64,000 nt of DNA from an uncultured bacterium (GTDB taxonomy: Bacteria; Chlamydiota; Chlamydiia; Chlamydiales; FEN-1388): contig CAZEGK010000004.1 in assembly GCA_964512205.1 (NCBI GenBank), positions 34,634 through 98,633 on the forward strand, in the 5' to 3' direction. Shown piece after piece: positions 1 through 8,751 of this stretch. The position numbers were made by a program, and so were the translations under genes. Positions within the stretch are counted from its first letter, which is position 1. Every line of letters begins with the position of its first letter. The notes under the pieces are model-generated. The model did no database searches, was not told the DNA's origin, and saw only the letters and a list, made by a program, of their open reading frames with translations.

Positions 1-216
1 TATGAAGTTGAGGCCAAGTTCATAGTACTCTTGCAGAGCCTCATGATAGGGCGAGAACTGATAGGGAGAAACAAGCTGCTCTTCTACCGCTTTAAAGAAG
101 GTGCTAAATGTATCAAGCGGTGGATGTGCAACTGCTTGTTCATAGCTTTTGCAAAAGGCCAAAAAACCTGCTTTAAGCTCTTCAGGAACCCGTTTGTTTT
201 GCATTGCAGACTGCAT
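1..216 (-). CDS. 5' part of a gene running off the window edge; possibly plant-type glycerol-3-phosphate acyltransferase (PlsB/ATS1-like)
   Basis: Minus-strand frame is open from ATG at 216 to position 1 (MQSAMQNKRVPEELKAGFLAFCKSYEQAVAHPPLDTFSTFFKAVEEQLVSPYQFSPYHEALQEYYELGLNFI...). It is absent from the ORF track because it has no in-window stop; the listed + ORF 31..228 is its antisense shadow. The product guess rests only on remembered Chlamydia gene order (plsB beside rng/cafE), not on motifs. Confidence 0.35.
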   Translation of the reverse strand, partial: MQSAMQNKRVPEELKAGFLAFCKSYEQAVAHPPLDTFSTFFKAVEEQLVSPYQFSPYHEALQEYYELGLNFI

Positions 217-241
217 GTAGTCACTTAATTTATTGCTCACG

Positions 242-1777
242 CTATACTTCAATAGGTTTTTGGTTGATCGTTGATACGAAATGGTAGTCGTTAATATGGA
301 TCGTATCGCTTATATCAAATTCAAGGCGAGCATTGAGCGATTCTGCAAGCTCCTGGAAGAAGTCTTTGTCGTGCTGGCCAAGATAGTGGTCAAGCTGCGG
401 GTGGACAACAAGTTTAAGGGCAAATTGCTGCTGGCAGTTTATCACCTTTTTGATGTCGCGTTCAATTTCTATAGAGACGCTTTCGTGGCTCTTTACGCGG
501 CCGGATCCATTACAGTAGGGGCATGCGCAAAACATTGTCTGAGAAAGCGATCCACGACTTCTTTGACGTGTCATCTCAACAAGGCCAAATTCACTCATGC
601 CAAGTATTGTGCACTTTGCTGAGTCTTCTTTCATGCAGTCTTTTAGATGTTCAAGCACTCGGCGCTGATTTTTTCTTGAGCGCATATCAATAAAGTCGCA
701 GATAATAAGGCCGCCTATGTTGCGGAGGCGAAGCTGCCTTGCAATTTCTTCTGCAGCTTCAAGGTTAATGCGAACGAGCGTCTCTTCGACATCTTCAGAC
801 TTAAAGTTTGAGCTTCTGCCGGAGTTAACGTCGATGGTATGCATAGCTTCTGTCTGATCAAAAAAGAGGTAGCCGCCGCTTCCGAGCCAGATTTTACGTC
901 TCAGGCTTTTTTCAATCTCTTTTTCCACACTAAAGCGTTCAAACATCGGCACTTTGTCGCGGTAGTATTCGATGCGAAGGGGATGCTCTTCCTCGTATGG
1001 ACCATAGAGGCGCTTGCAGGTTTGATAGACGTTGTAGTCATCGACGAGAACGCGGTCGAGCTTTTTGTCAGCTGCTAAGAGGACTGCTCGCTTGATAAGG
1101 TCAGACTCTTCATACAAAAGTTCAGAGCTTGGTGCCTGCTTAAAGCGCTCGATAATAGTCTGCCAGGTCTGCATGAGCTCTTCAGCTTCTGCAAAGAGCA
1201 TCTCTTGCGTTGCATTTTGGCTTGCCGTTCTGCAGATGAGGCCCATATCCTGGGGCATCTCAAATGAACGGATAATTTTTTTGAGTCGATCGCGATAGCC
1301 GCGATCTTCAATTTTTCTTGAGACACCTCGGTGGGGAGAGTTTGGCAAAAGCACCAGATAGCGGCCAGGGAGGGAAATTTTTGAAGTAAGCCTTGCACCT
1401 TTTGTACCGATTGGTTCCTTCACCACCTGCACGATCACTGATTGATCTGGTTTTAAGACCTGATCGATTTTGAGATTTTGCGTTTTGTCTATCGTGCTGA
1501 TGTCATAGTCAAGATCAAAGTCCATATCAAACATCTCTTCAAACTTTTTGGTGTTTTCGATGATGTCTGAAATATGGATAAAGCCATTTTCACCTTCACT
1601 GATGTCGATGAAGGCGGACTGAATGTTATGTAAAATGTTAGTTACACGACCTTTGTAGATGTTGCCGGTCATTTGGCGTTCTTTTTTTCGTTCTACAACA
1701 AGATCTTGTAATACGCCGTTTTTCAACAAGGCAAGGCGCATTTCCTTGGATTCAATATTTAAAAGAATTTCTTGCAT
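242..1777 (-). CDS. rng: Ribonuclease G/E family (RNase G, CafA)
   Basis: S1 domain (GNIYKGRVTNILHNIQSAFIDI), an RNase E/G catalytic-core-like region (IICDFIDM, LVEMTRQR) and a CPYCNGSG zinc-link-like motif. Start moved to the internal ATG at 1777 (MQEILLNIE...), which is preceded by AGAGGAAAAA; the track start at 1861 would overlap tyrP. Confidence 0.85.
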   Translation of the reverse strand: MQEILLNIESKEMRLALLKNGVLQDLVVERKKERQMTGNIYKGRVTNILHNIQSAFIDISEGENGFIHISDIIENTKKFEEMFDMDFDLDYDISTIDKTQNLKIDQVLKPDQSVIVQVVKEPIGTKGARLTSKISLPGRYLVLLPNSPHRGVSRKIEDRGYRDRLKKIIRSFEMPQDMGLICRTASQNATQEMLFAEAEELMQTWQTIIERFKQAPSSELLYEESDLIKRAVLLAADKKLDRVLVDDYNVYQTCKRLYGPYEEEHPLRIEYYRDKVPMFERFSVEKEIEKSLRRKIWLGSGGYLFFDQTEAMHTIDVNSGRSSNFKSEDVEETLVRINLEAAEEIARQLRLRNIGGLIICDFIDMRSRKNQRRVLEHLKDCMKEDSAKCTILGMSEFGLVEMTRQRSRGSLSQTMFCACPYCNGSGRVKSHESVSIEIERDIKKVINCQQQFALKLVVHPQLDHYLGQHDKDFFQELAESLNARLEFDISDTIHINDYHFVSTINQKPIEV

Positions 1778-1855
1778 TTTTTCCTCTTTCCGAAGGTGTA
1801 ATAGTAGCAAAAATTGCCCTTTTACGATACTATTTCGTCGATTTTGGAGATATCG

Positions 1856-3013
1856 ATGCAAATTAACGCTTTACGCACCTTTGGGGGATCTCTCATTGTT
1901 GCAGGGACATCTATTGGTGCGGGGATGCTTGCCCTTCCGGTAGTTACGGGTCCGGCAGGCTTTATTCCCTCTATAGGAGTTCTTGTAGTTTGCTGGGCAT
2001 TTATGACGATGACCGGCCTTCTCTTTGCAGAGCTATCGCTTTGGCTGAAAAGCGATGCCAACATCCTCAGTATGGCAAAGAAAACACTTGGCAAACCAGG
2101 GCTTTTTATTACCTGGATTCTCTACCTCTTTCTTTTTTATAGTTTAACGATTGCTTATATGGTTGGGGGAGGCAATTTGCTCACTGAGCTTTTTGGTACG
2201 GGCTCCTCAGACACTATTCGTATTTTACTTTTTTCTTTAACTGCTGTTGCGGCAATTGCACTTGGCAAAAAGATAATTGATCCAGTCAATCGCCTGTTGA
2301 TGATAGGGCTTTTTGTCGCATATGGTGCCTTTGTTGTTATTGGGCTTCCTACTGTAAAGAGCGAGCAGCTTCTCTTTTCGGACTGGAGCTTAGCATCACT
2401 TGCGCTTCCTGTTACCTTTACCTCATTTGGCTTTCAAGGCACGGTGCCGACGCTTGCATCCTGGATGCACTATGATAGAAAGCGTCTCTTTAGAGCGATT
2501 ATCATAGGTACAACCCTCACCCTTATCCTCTACATTGTCTGGCAATGGCTATTTTTAGGAATCGTTCCAAGAATGGGTCCTAATGGCCTTTTAGAGACTT
2601 TGAATGAAGGACGAGATGCCGTCTATCCGCTGCAATACTTCACAAATAGTCCATGGATCTGGGGTCTTGGTCGCGCTTTTGCATTTTGCGCCCTTACTAC
2701 CTCATTTCTAGGTGTTGGAATTGGGTTAATAGATTTTTTAAAAGACGGGTTAAAGGTGCAAAGTAGGCCACTGCTTTTGCTACTTGCTTTTGGACTGCCG
2801 CTTATCATAGCGCTTTGTTATCCGCATATCTTTTTGCAAGCACTTGGGGTTGCAGGCGGATTTGGCTGCGCAAGCCTTCTTGGCGTTTTGCCAATTATTA
2901 TGGTGTGGAAGGCAAATATTAACACTTTTCAAAAGAAGACCTATATCCTTCTTCTTGCCTTTGTCATATTTGAGATGGCAATCGAACTCTCTAACATTGT
3001 ACAAAAATTATGA
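1856..3013 (+). CDS. tyrP: Aromatic amino acid (tyrosine/tryptophan) permease, HAAAP family
   Basis: N-terminus GGSLIVAGTSIGAGMLALPV closely resembles E. coli TyrP/Mtr (FIVAGTTIGAGMLAMP). Polytopic and hydrophobic throughout. Start chosen at MQINALRTFGG (1856). Confidence 0.8.
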   Translation: MQINALRTFGGSLIVAGTSIGAGMLALPVVTGPAGFIPSIGVLVVCWAFMTMTGLLFAELSLWLKSDANILSMAKKTLGKPGLFITWILYLFLFYSLTIAYMVGGGNLLTELFGTGSSDTIRILLFSLTAVAAIALGKKIIDPVNRLLMIGLFVAYGAFVVIGLPTVKSEQLLFSDWSLASLALPVTFTSFGFQGTVPTLASWMHYDRKRLFRAIIIGTTLTLILYIVWQWLFLGIVPRMGPNGLLETLNEGRDAVYPLQYFTNSPWIWGLGRAFAFCALTTSFLGVGIGLIDFLKDGLKVQSRPLLLLLAFGLPLIIALCYPHIFLQALGVAGGFGCASLLGVLPIIMVWKANINTFQKKTYILLLAFVIFEMAIELSNIVQKL

Positions 3014-3462
3014 AAGAAAAATTAAAAATTTACGTCGAGCGAATCCGCGAAGGAAATATCGAAACGATAGATGAGAAGCTTCCTCCGGACTTTATGGAAA
3101 ACAAGGAGCAGGATGTTAGCTTCAAATCTCCCATTGAGGTAGCAGGGGAGGCCTATGTAACTGACGACTTTCTCCTCATCCGCATGAGCATAAAAACAGA
3201 GGCCGTCCTTACTTGCGCGCTTTGTAACGAGCAGTTTTGCTTCCCAATCGACATTGAAGATATGATTCAGGAAGAGCCTCTCGAAGAGATAAAAGATGGC
3301 GTCTATGATCTTTTGCCCCTTATTCGTGAAACCATTTTTCTTGAAATTCCCTTCTACCCCCAATGTGGCATAACCGCCTGCACAAGGCGAAAAGAAATAG
3401 AACCCTATCTTAAAAAAGAGCGGCCAGCCGAAGAAAACAGCCCCTTCAAAGATCTTTTGTAG
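3010..3462 (+). CDS. yceD: YceD/DUF177 family protein (23S rRNA accumulation protein)
   Basis: 150 aa, acidic, with paired Cys motifs (LTCALCNEQF ... PQCGITAC). It lies in the canonical position upstream of rpmF-plsX. ATGA overlap with the tyrP stop. Confidence 0.7.
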   Translation: MKEKLKIYVERIREGNIETIDEKLPPDFMENKEQDVSFKSPIEVAGEAYVTDDFLLIRMSIKTEAVLTCALCNEQFCFPIDIEDMIQEEPLEEIKDGVYDLLPLIRETIFLEIPFYPQCGITACTRRKEIEPYLKKERPAEENSPFKDLL

Positions 3463-3469
3463 GTAAAAT

Positions 3470-4849
3470 ATGAGCGCAATCGGTGATTGCAAGGTAGCTA
3501 TTCGATTTGCAACTGCAGAAGAATGTAAAAAAGAGCGCACTTGTTCACTCTCATCTGTACTAAAACATGGAAAAGAGCTTGTACGCTCTGTAGTAAACAC
3601 GCTTGGCCTCTTTACCTCCGGATTTAATCTTCACAAAATAGAAGCAAGGTCAAAAGAGCCAAATGCCATCATTAACCAGTGTCCTTTTTTAGCTTTTACT
3701 GGCATCCCGACACATCATGCGGCAACGATTGGAGAGCTAAGTCGGGAAATCTTGAAAACACATCGAGGAGATGAATCTCGCGGATTTGTGATTGACAATG
3801 GACCAAATTCCATCTTTGGATTTATCAAAGATATGTTAGGGGATAGGGAGCTATCACCCGATGATATCATGTTCACCTGCTCGCCAGAATATACAAAAAC
3901 GTATAAAAGAGTATTGGATCGCCATTTCTCCTCCAGGGCAATAGCAGGGGCAAGGGAAAAGATCGAAAAGATGTGCGCATCATTTACAAGAGGGCTCCCT
4001 ACAACGGTCAATGCCGAGCAGTTATCTCTTCGAGTTGCCGTCGCTAGTTTGCAGATAGTTCTTTTTGATGACTATGATGCAGAACCTCAATTTGCAGAAA
4101 GTATAAATTGTTTCTTTGAATATATTTTGCGAAAATTTGAGCAAAAGCCGACTGTTGATCTGCAAATAGAGCTGCATAGAGGCCTTTTTTGGATGACAAT
4201 AGAGAGAGGTTTAAAAGAGGGTAGGGGTGCCATAGGTGCTATTCAGAGAGAGGAACTGCTATCTGAAAAGCAGCTTAAAATGTGTATCTTTTCTCTCTTT
4301 TTTGCCGGTATGGACAGCACGAGATGGTCACTTACCCATTGTTTGTATGAGGTTGCAAAAGATGAGTCTTTGCAGTCCACAGATGAATCGCTAGTAAAGC
4401 AAGTAATTGTAGAGTCGCTTCGCATTCATCCGCCAGTAATTGGAGTCTCGCGAGTTGCTGCAGCCCAGCTTTCTATCGACCAAATAGAGCAAGAGGAAAC
4501 AAAGTCTTACTTTATTTTTAAGGGAGATCTCCTTCTTCCTGCACCAAATCTTGTAGGTCGAGATCCTCGGCTTTTCCCAGAAGATCCAAATCACTTTAGA
4601 CGAAATCGACATGACCCCTCAAAAATCCCTGCATTTTTGCCAGGACTACCCTGGCATCCTTTTGGATATGGGGTCCATCTTTGCCCTGGCGCTTCACTCT
4701 ATAATGAACTTGCCCCGCTCTTTTTGCGTGCACTACTTAGCAACTACAAGATTTCGACAGACAGGCCGGATCTTACGGCTACAGGCTCATTTATTAATAA
4801 AATAGATGGTCCGGTCAGGCTCAAGCTTCAAATTATTTATTGGTTCTAA
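3470..4849 (+). CDS. Cytochrome P450 monooxygenase
   Basis: Heme-thiolate loop FGYGVHLCPGASL (FxxGxHxCxG), K-helix ExxR (ESLRIHPP), I-helix AGxDST (FFAGMDSTRW) and a PERF-like DPNHFRRNRH. No N-terminal membrane anchor. Confidence 0.85.
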   Translation: MSAIGDCKVAIRFATAEECKKERTCSLSSVLKHGKELVRSVVNTLGLFTSGFNLHKIEARSKEPNAIINQCPFLAFTGIPTHHAATIGELSREILKTHRGDESRGFVIDNGPNSIFGFIKDMLGDRELSPDDIMFTCSPEYTKTYKRVLDRHFSSRAIAGAREKIEKMCASFTRGLPTTVNAEQLSLRVAVASLQIVLFDDYDAEPQFAESINCFFEYILRKFEQKPTVDLQIELHRGLFWMTIERGLKEGRGAIGAIQREELLSEKQLKMCIFSLFFAGMDSTRWSLTHCLYEVAKDESLQSTDESLVKQVIVESLRIHPPVIGVSRVAAAQLSIDQIEQEETKSYFIFKGDLLLPAPNLVGRDPRLFPEDPNHFRRNRHDPSKIPAFLPGLPWHPFGYGVHLCPGASLYNELAPLFLRALLSNYKISTDRPDLTATGSFINKIDGPVRLKLQIIYWF

Positions 4850-4951
4850 GAATTGTCTATAAGAAAGCCGGGTTCTTTGATCATAAAACCGTTGCAAATT
4901 AGTAAGAGATTGCGTATGCTATTTCACACTAAACTTAAGGAGTAATTTGTC

Positions 4952-5131
4952 ATGGCAGTACCACGTAATCGCCATTCGAATGCGCGTAAAAATTCTAAGC
5001 GTGCTCACCACGCAAAAAAGCCAAAGTGCCTTTCTGTATGTTCTAACTGCGCAAGCCACAAGGCGCCACACGTAATCTGCGGCTCTTGCGGATGGTATGC
5101 AGGACGTGCTGTTCTTGCAGAAAAAGCATAA
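4952..5131 (+). CDS. rpmF: 50S ribosomal protein L32
   Basis: Hand translation gives MAVPRNRHSNARKNSKRAHHAKKPKCLSVCSNCASHKAPHVICGSCGWYAGRAVLAEKA* (59 aa, below the track cutoff). Typical L32 N-terminus MAVP.nR.S..R...RR.H plus CxxC...CxxC. AAGGAG at 4937-4942 lies 9 nt before the ATG. Confidence 0.9.
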   Translation: MAVPRNRHSNARKNSKRAHHAKKPKCLSVCSNCASHKAPHVICGSCGWYAGRAVLAEKA

Positions 5132-6002
5132 GCATAGAATAGGCATAGATCTCATGGGGGCCGATGTGTCCCCTGAGCATATCTTCAAGGCTGTCTCAAG
5201 CCTTCCTTCCGATAGTACATTTGTTTTCTTTGGCACAAGCGATTTTGTCGTTCGAGGTCATGAGTTTATTCTCTGTCAAGACGTTGTTACGATGCACGAT
5301 AGCCCAAGTCATGCACTTCGCCAAAAAGGCGACTCTTCTCTTTTTACAGCTATTCGCGCACTTAAAGATGGTACCATTGATGCGCTCATCTCTGCCGCCA
5401 ATACAGGAGCCCTTCTTGCGGGTGCAAGATCTATTTTAGAGCATTTTCCAAACTGTACAAGGCCGCCTCTTGCCTGCTTTATCCGGGCACAATCTGGAGA
5501 AGATGTGCTTCTTCTCGATGTCGGGGCAAGTCCTGAGGCATCAGATGAGCTCTTATGTCAGTATGCGCAGCTTGGCGCAGCCTGTATGCAAGCTCTGCAA
5601 AATAAAAAGCCCACTGTTGCGCTTTTAAATATAGGGGAAGAGCCAATAAAGGGGACTAGCGAGCAAAAAGGTGCGCTCAAACTTCTGCAAGAAAACCCCT
5701 CTTCACTCTTTGACTTTATCGGCAATAAAGAGCCCTACGATATCTTTGCTCACACGGCAGATGTTTTTGTGACAAATGGCCTTATAGGCAATCTTTTCCT
5801 AAAAAGCTGCGAAGCTGTAATCCGCTTTCTTGCAAAGGATATCCCAAGCCAAGAAAAGGGGGCCATGCTCCTTGGAGTTAATAACCTTATTCTAAAATGC
5901 CATGGCAAAGCAAGCGAAGCTGCTATCCAAAGAACCGTTTTGCAAACCGAAGAGCTCCTCTCCCAAAACATCATTCCAAAGCTTAGGCAGTTAATAGCCT
6001 AA
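5097..6002 (+). CDS. plsX: Phosphate acyltransferase PlsX
   Basis: RIGIDLMGAD near the N-terminus, with LISAANTGAL, NIGEE and GN..LK motifs typical of PlsX; directly follows rpmF. The start is uncertain (ATG 5097, GTG 5106 or TTG 5115; all overlap the rpmF end). Confidence 0.85.
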   Translation: MQDVLFLQKKHKHRIGIDLMGADVSPEHIFKAVSSLPSDSTFVFFGTSDFVVRGHEFILCQDVVTMHDSPSHALRQKGDSSLFTAIRALKDGTIDALISAANTGALLAGARSILEHFPNCTRPPLACFIRAQSGEDVLLLDVGASPEASDELLCQYAQLGAACMQALQNKKPTVALLNIGEEPIKGTSEQKGALKLLQENPSSLFDFIGNKEPYDIFAHTADVFVTNGLIGNLFLKSCEAVIRFLAKDIPSQEKGAMLLGVNNLILKCHGKASEAAIQRTVLQTEELLSQNIIPKLRQLIA

Positions 6003-6006
6003 ACCT

Positions 6007-6258
6007 GTGGTTCGCTTTTTGTTCGCTTTTCTGTCTATATTTTTATTAAATTGTGGAAGGTCTGTTGAGCACTACCCATATTCTAGAGAGAAGAGGACTA
6101 CTGTTCATAACTCATTTCATACATGTAAACGCTTGCCATACAGCATATTTTCATATAACTTGTGTGGAGCTTTAGGGATGCTTCCAGCAAAGGGGCCGGA
6201 TACTCCAATTCGTGCGATTTATGAAATAGTAGATAATAGGATGTACTATGTCGATTAG
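6007..6258 (+). CDS. Small hypothetical protein with N-terminal hydrophobic signal-like segment
   Basis: GTG-start ORF; MVRFLFAFLSIFLLNCGRS looks like a signal or weak lipobox. No family recognised. Confidence 0.3.
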   Translation: MVRFLFAFLSIFLLNCGRSVEHYPYSREKRTTVHNSFHTCKRLPYSIFSYNLCGALGMLPAKGPDTPIRAIYEIVDNRMYYVD

Positions 6259-6727
6259 TCAATGTGAAGCGGGAAGAGAGCTCTTTATGAGCTACGCACG
6301 TGACAGAAAAGAGCTATTTAAAGAGACTCGCAGTCGTTTAGAGGATAGATGGAAAGATGGCAGGCAAGTAGAGCCTAAGGTTTATGCCAATTTGCCCTAC
6401 GATAAATGGAAAGCAGAACAACAAGCCGCAGAAGCTGCAGCTGATAACGCTTTAGTAAAACAGATGATGACAATTTTTTTGGACACGTTCTGCAAGACGG
6501 CTGACGAGCGAAGAGATGTGGACTATTTTTTTACGCAAAAAATTGCAAAAAAACTAGCCAAGAAGCATGACAGAGACTATCTGAATATTACTTCACAGTC
6601 TTCAGCTTTCATGCGCATACTGTGGCGTAGTGCAAGACCCATGAAAGCTGAAGAGGTGAGTAGCAACCGCAAGTTTTGCCCCAATTTTCTAAAAGGCCTA
6701 CGAGCATACATTGCCTCATTTTGTTAA
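6248..6727 (+). CDS. Hypothetical protein (charged, helical composition)
   Basis: 159-aa ORF with protein-like composition; no motif recognised. Confidence 0.45.
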   Translation: MSISQCEAGRELFMSYARDRKELFKETRSRLEDRWKDGRQVEPKVYANLPYDKWKAEQQAAEAAADNALVKQMMTIFLDTFCKTADERRDVDYFFTQKIAKKLAKKHDRDYLNITSQSSAFMRILWRSARPMKAEEVSSNRKFCPNFLKGLRAYIASFC

Positions 6728-6969
6728 AGGAATAGGACATTCAATGACACATGCCTCTTCTCCCCGGGAAGTGTAAAGGGCCGGATCCTTTCATTTGCCG
6801 CTTGAAGGGGCCTTCTCTAAAGTAAGATTCAATGCGACGCTAAGGAACAAAAACTCAAAAAAAGTGCAACTGGAAATCCTTTTACTTTAAGTAAGGTTCG
6901 ATAAATCAGAAATAGGTCATTATGAAAGTGGTTAATGCTATAATGTAATGATCGCACGAGGAGCGCTTT

Positions 6970-8715
6970 ATGCAATTAGGTTCAGAGTTGCCATATATGG
7001 AGATGAGGCCATGGGAGCTTGATCCATCTACAAATAGGCCAAAAAATGAGGGTAAATGTCTTGCTGCGCTTAGGCTCTTGCAGGAAAATCCCGGCTGGGC
7101 ACACACAAGCGATGCTGGCACATATGGTAAGCTGCTACTTGACACTGTCTCTGAACCTGGTACTCAAGTGCACAAAATACAACAGGCAATTTTGCGCTCC
7201 ACGCCGGAACTTTTTGATAGTGTAACGGTAGAGTTTACCTCAGCAGAACCAATTCAAGTTGCAAAAGTGAGACTGCTTGCATTAGGTGATTTTTTTAATC
7301 TTTCTTCAGTAAAAAAGATGCGCGAGGGGCAAAACAACGTGTGGAAATTTGCTCTGCCAGAAGACGTGCTGCAGAAAGACGTGGAGTCATTTTTAGCCTA
7401 CATCCAAACAGGCAAAATAGCAATTACACCAGATAATGCCATAGCTCTTTTTGATCTTGCTCTACATTTTGACATACAGTCTCTTGGCAAGCAATGCGCT
7501 AGATACTTATTAGAGTGCTTGAACGAGGATATCACGCAATTTCCTACGTTACTTCAGCTAGTGGCATCTCGTCCTGAATACCATGGGTTTGTTGCAGATG
7601 TAAAGTGTCAAATTATTAGATATACTGGATTTTTTAGATATAAGAGTTCACAAAGTGCATTAGCCACAATTCCTCCAGAAAAACAGCCCGATTGCGACTA
7701 TCTTTTAAAGCTTGGAGAAGAAGCATGCTTATATGGCTGCTGTGTTGAGCTTGATACACATGGCAGAAGATGTTTTACATTTGACATGGAAAAGAGATCC
7801 TTCCCGTGTCTTGAAAAGATTCAAAAAACATGTGGCATGCAGGCGATTATCGCGAGCTATCATTTAGACGATAAGGATCTTCGGCGCATAAGCGAAATTT
7901 GCGGAGATAGCTTAGAATGTCTAGAATTTAAATTTAATTGCATGAATAATTGTGAAGGCTGTAGAGAATTTCCTGCGCTTGTATCACTTGATAGTAATTA
8001 CTCTTCTCTTACAAATAAAGGTCTTGAGCACATCAGTCATATCGCTCCAAAGTTAGAAGTACTAAAAATCAATAACTCTACAATAACGAGTGTTAAAGGG
8101 TGCAAGAAGTTTGAAATGCTTCATACTTTAGAAGCTTGTGAGCTCGATCTTGATGATGAAGAAGTGCGTCATTTGAGTCTGCTTGCTCCCAATTTGCAAG
8201 AGCTGCATCTTTCCTCCAATAAACTATTAAGAGATTTTACAGGCTGTCAATTTTTACATCTTCTTAAATTAGATCTTTCGGGTACAAAAATCGATGAATG
8301 GTCCTTGCAGTCTTTAGCTGCTGTCTGCGGCAACCATCTACAGGTTCTCCGTATTGATGACTGCGACAGTGCAAGCTTTGAAGAGTGCAAGTGCAAGTTT
8401 TCAAATTTACGAGAATTATATGCAAATAATTTTTCCAAAAAACCAGCTGATGTCTGGTTACAGAATATAAGCAAATATTTAGGCGAGCGTTTAGAGATAC
8501 TTGAGGTGATCGATACGCGTATTACAAGTTTTGCCGGTTGTTACTTTCCCAAACTTAGAAGGTTAGAAGCCGATTATACTCGGCTTACAAATGAAGGGTT
8601 GCAAGCCTTAAGCAAGAGCGCAGCTGACACTTTAGAAGAACTTAACGTAGAAGATTGCAAGTATCTGGTCCCAGAAGACTTTAAAAAATATTTTCCTAAA
8701 CTAATCGACCAGTAA
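6970..8715 (+). CDS. Eukaryote-like BTB/POZ domain plus leucine-rich repeat (RNI/F-box-LRR type) protein
   Basis: BTB-like block VTVEFTS...KVRLLALGDFFN...FLAYIQTGKIAITPDNAIALFDLALHFDIQSLGKQCARYLLECL, followed by about 8 LRRs of the CxxLxxLxL type (LECLEFKFNCMNNC..., LEVLKINNSTITS, LQELHLSSNKL, LKLDLSGTKI, LQVLRIDDCDS, LEILEVIDTRITS, LRRLEADYTRLTNEGL, LEELNVEDCKYL). Confidence 0.8.
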   Translation: MQLGSELPYMEMRPWELDPSTNRPKNEGKCLAALRLLQENPGWAHTSDAGTYGKLLLDTVSEPGTQVHKIQQAILRSTPELFDSVTVEFTSAEPIQVAKVRLLALGDFFNLSSVKKMREGQNNVWKFALPEDVLQKDVESFLAYIQTGKIAITPDNAIALFDLALHFDIQSLGKQCARYLLECLNEDITQFPTLLQLVASRPEYHGFVADVKCQIIRYTGFFRYKSSQSALATIPPEKQPDCDYLLKLGEEACLYGCCVELDTHGRRCFTFDMEKRSFPCLEKIQKTCGMQAIIASYHLDDKDLRRISEICGDSLECLEFKFNCMNNCEGCREFPALVSLDSNYSSLTNKGLEHISHIAPKLEVLKINNSTITSVKGCKKFEMLHTLEACELDLDDEEVRHLSLLAPNLQELHLSSNKLLRDFTGCQFLHLLKLDLSGTKIDEWSLQSLAAVCGNHLQVLRIDDCDSASFEECKCKFSNLRELYANNFSKKPADVWLQNISKYLGERLEILEVIDTRITSFAGCYFPKLRRLEADYTRLTNEGLQALSKSAADTLEELNVEDCKYLVPEDFKKYFPKLIDQ

Positions 8716-8751
8716 GTCTGGTCTAGTTCTTCTGTGAGCAGGGCCGGCCCC
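8706..8751. repeat. Junction repeat copy A (last 10 nt of the BTB-LRR gene, its 3' flank, and a GC-rich core)
   Basis: cgaccagtaagtctggtctagttcttctgtgagcagggccggcccc; repeated at 16393-16437 with a single 1-nt indel. Confidence 0.85.

Noticed and set aside
31-228. 65-aa + strand ORF at the window start
   Set aside because: It is antisense to a better minus-strand frame that stays open to the window edge, and its composition is odd (Cys/Phe/Arg-rich). Treated as a shadow ORF.
3022-3600. 192-aa minus-strand ORF
   Set aside because: It lies entirely antisense to yceD and the P450 5' end, has no recognisable motif and has Phe/Leu-rich shadow-like composition.
6880-6915. GGTTCGATAAATC resembling a tRNA T-loop; a tRNA was also sought as the integration target at the island ends
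   Set aside because: I could not draw a flanking T-stem, acceptor stem or cloverleaf. No GGTTCGAA/GGTTCAAA-type T-arms were seen near 8.7, 16.4 or 23.1 kb on either strand. This was checked by eye only.
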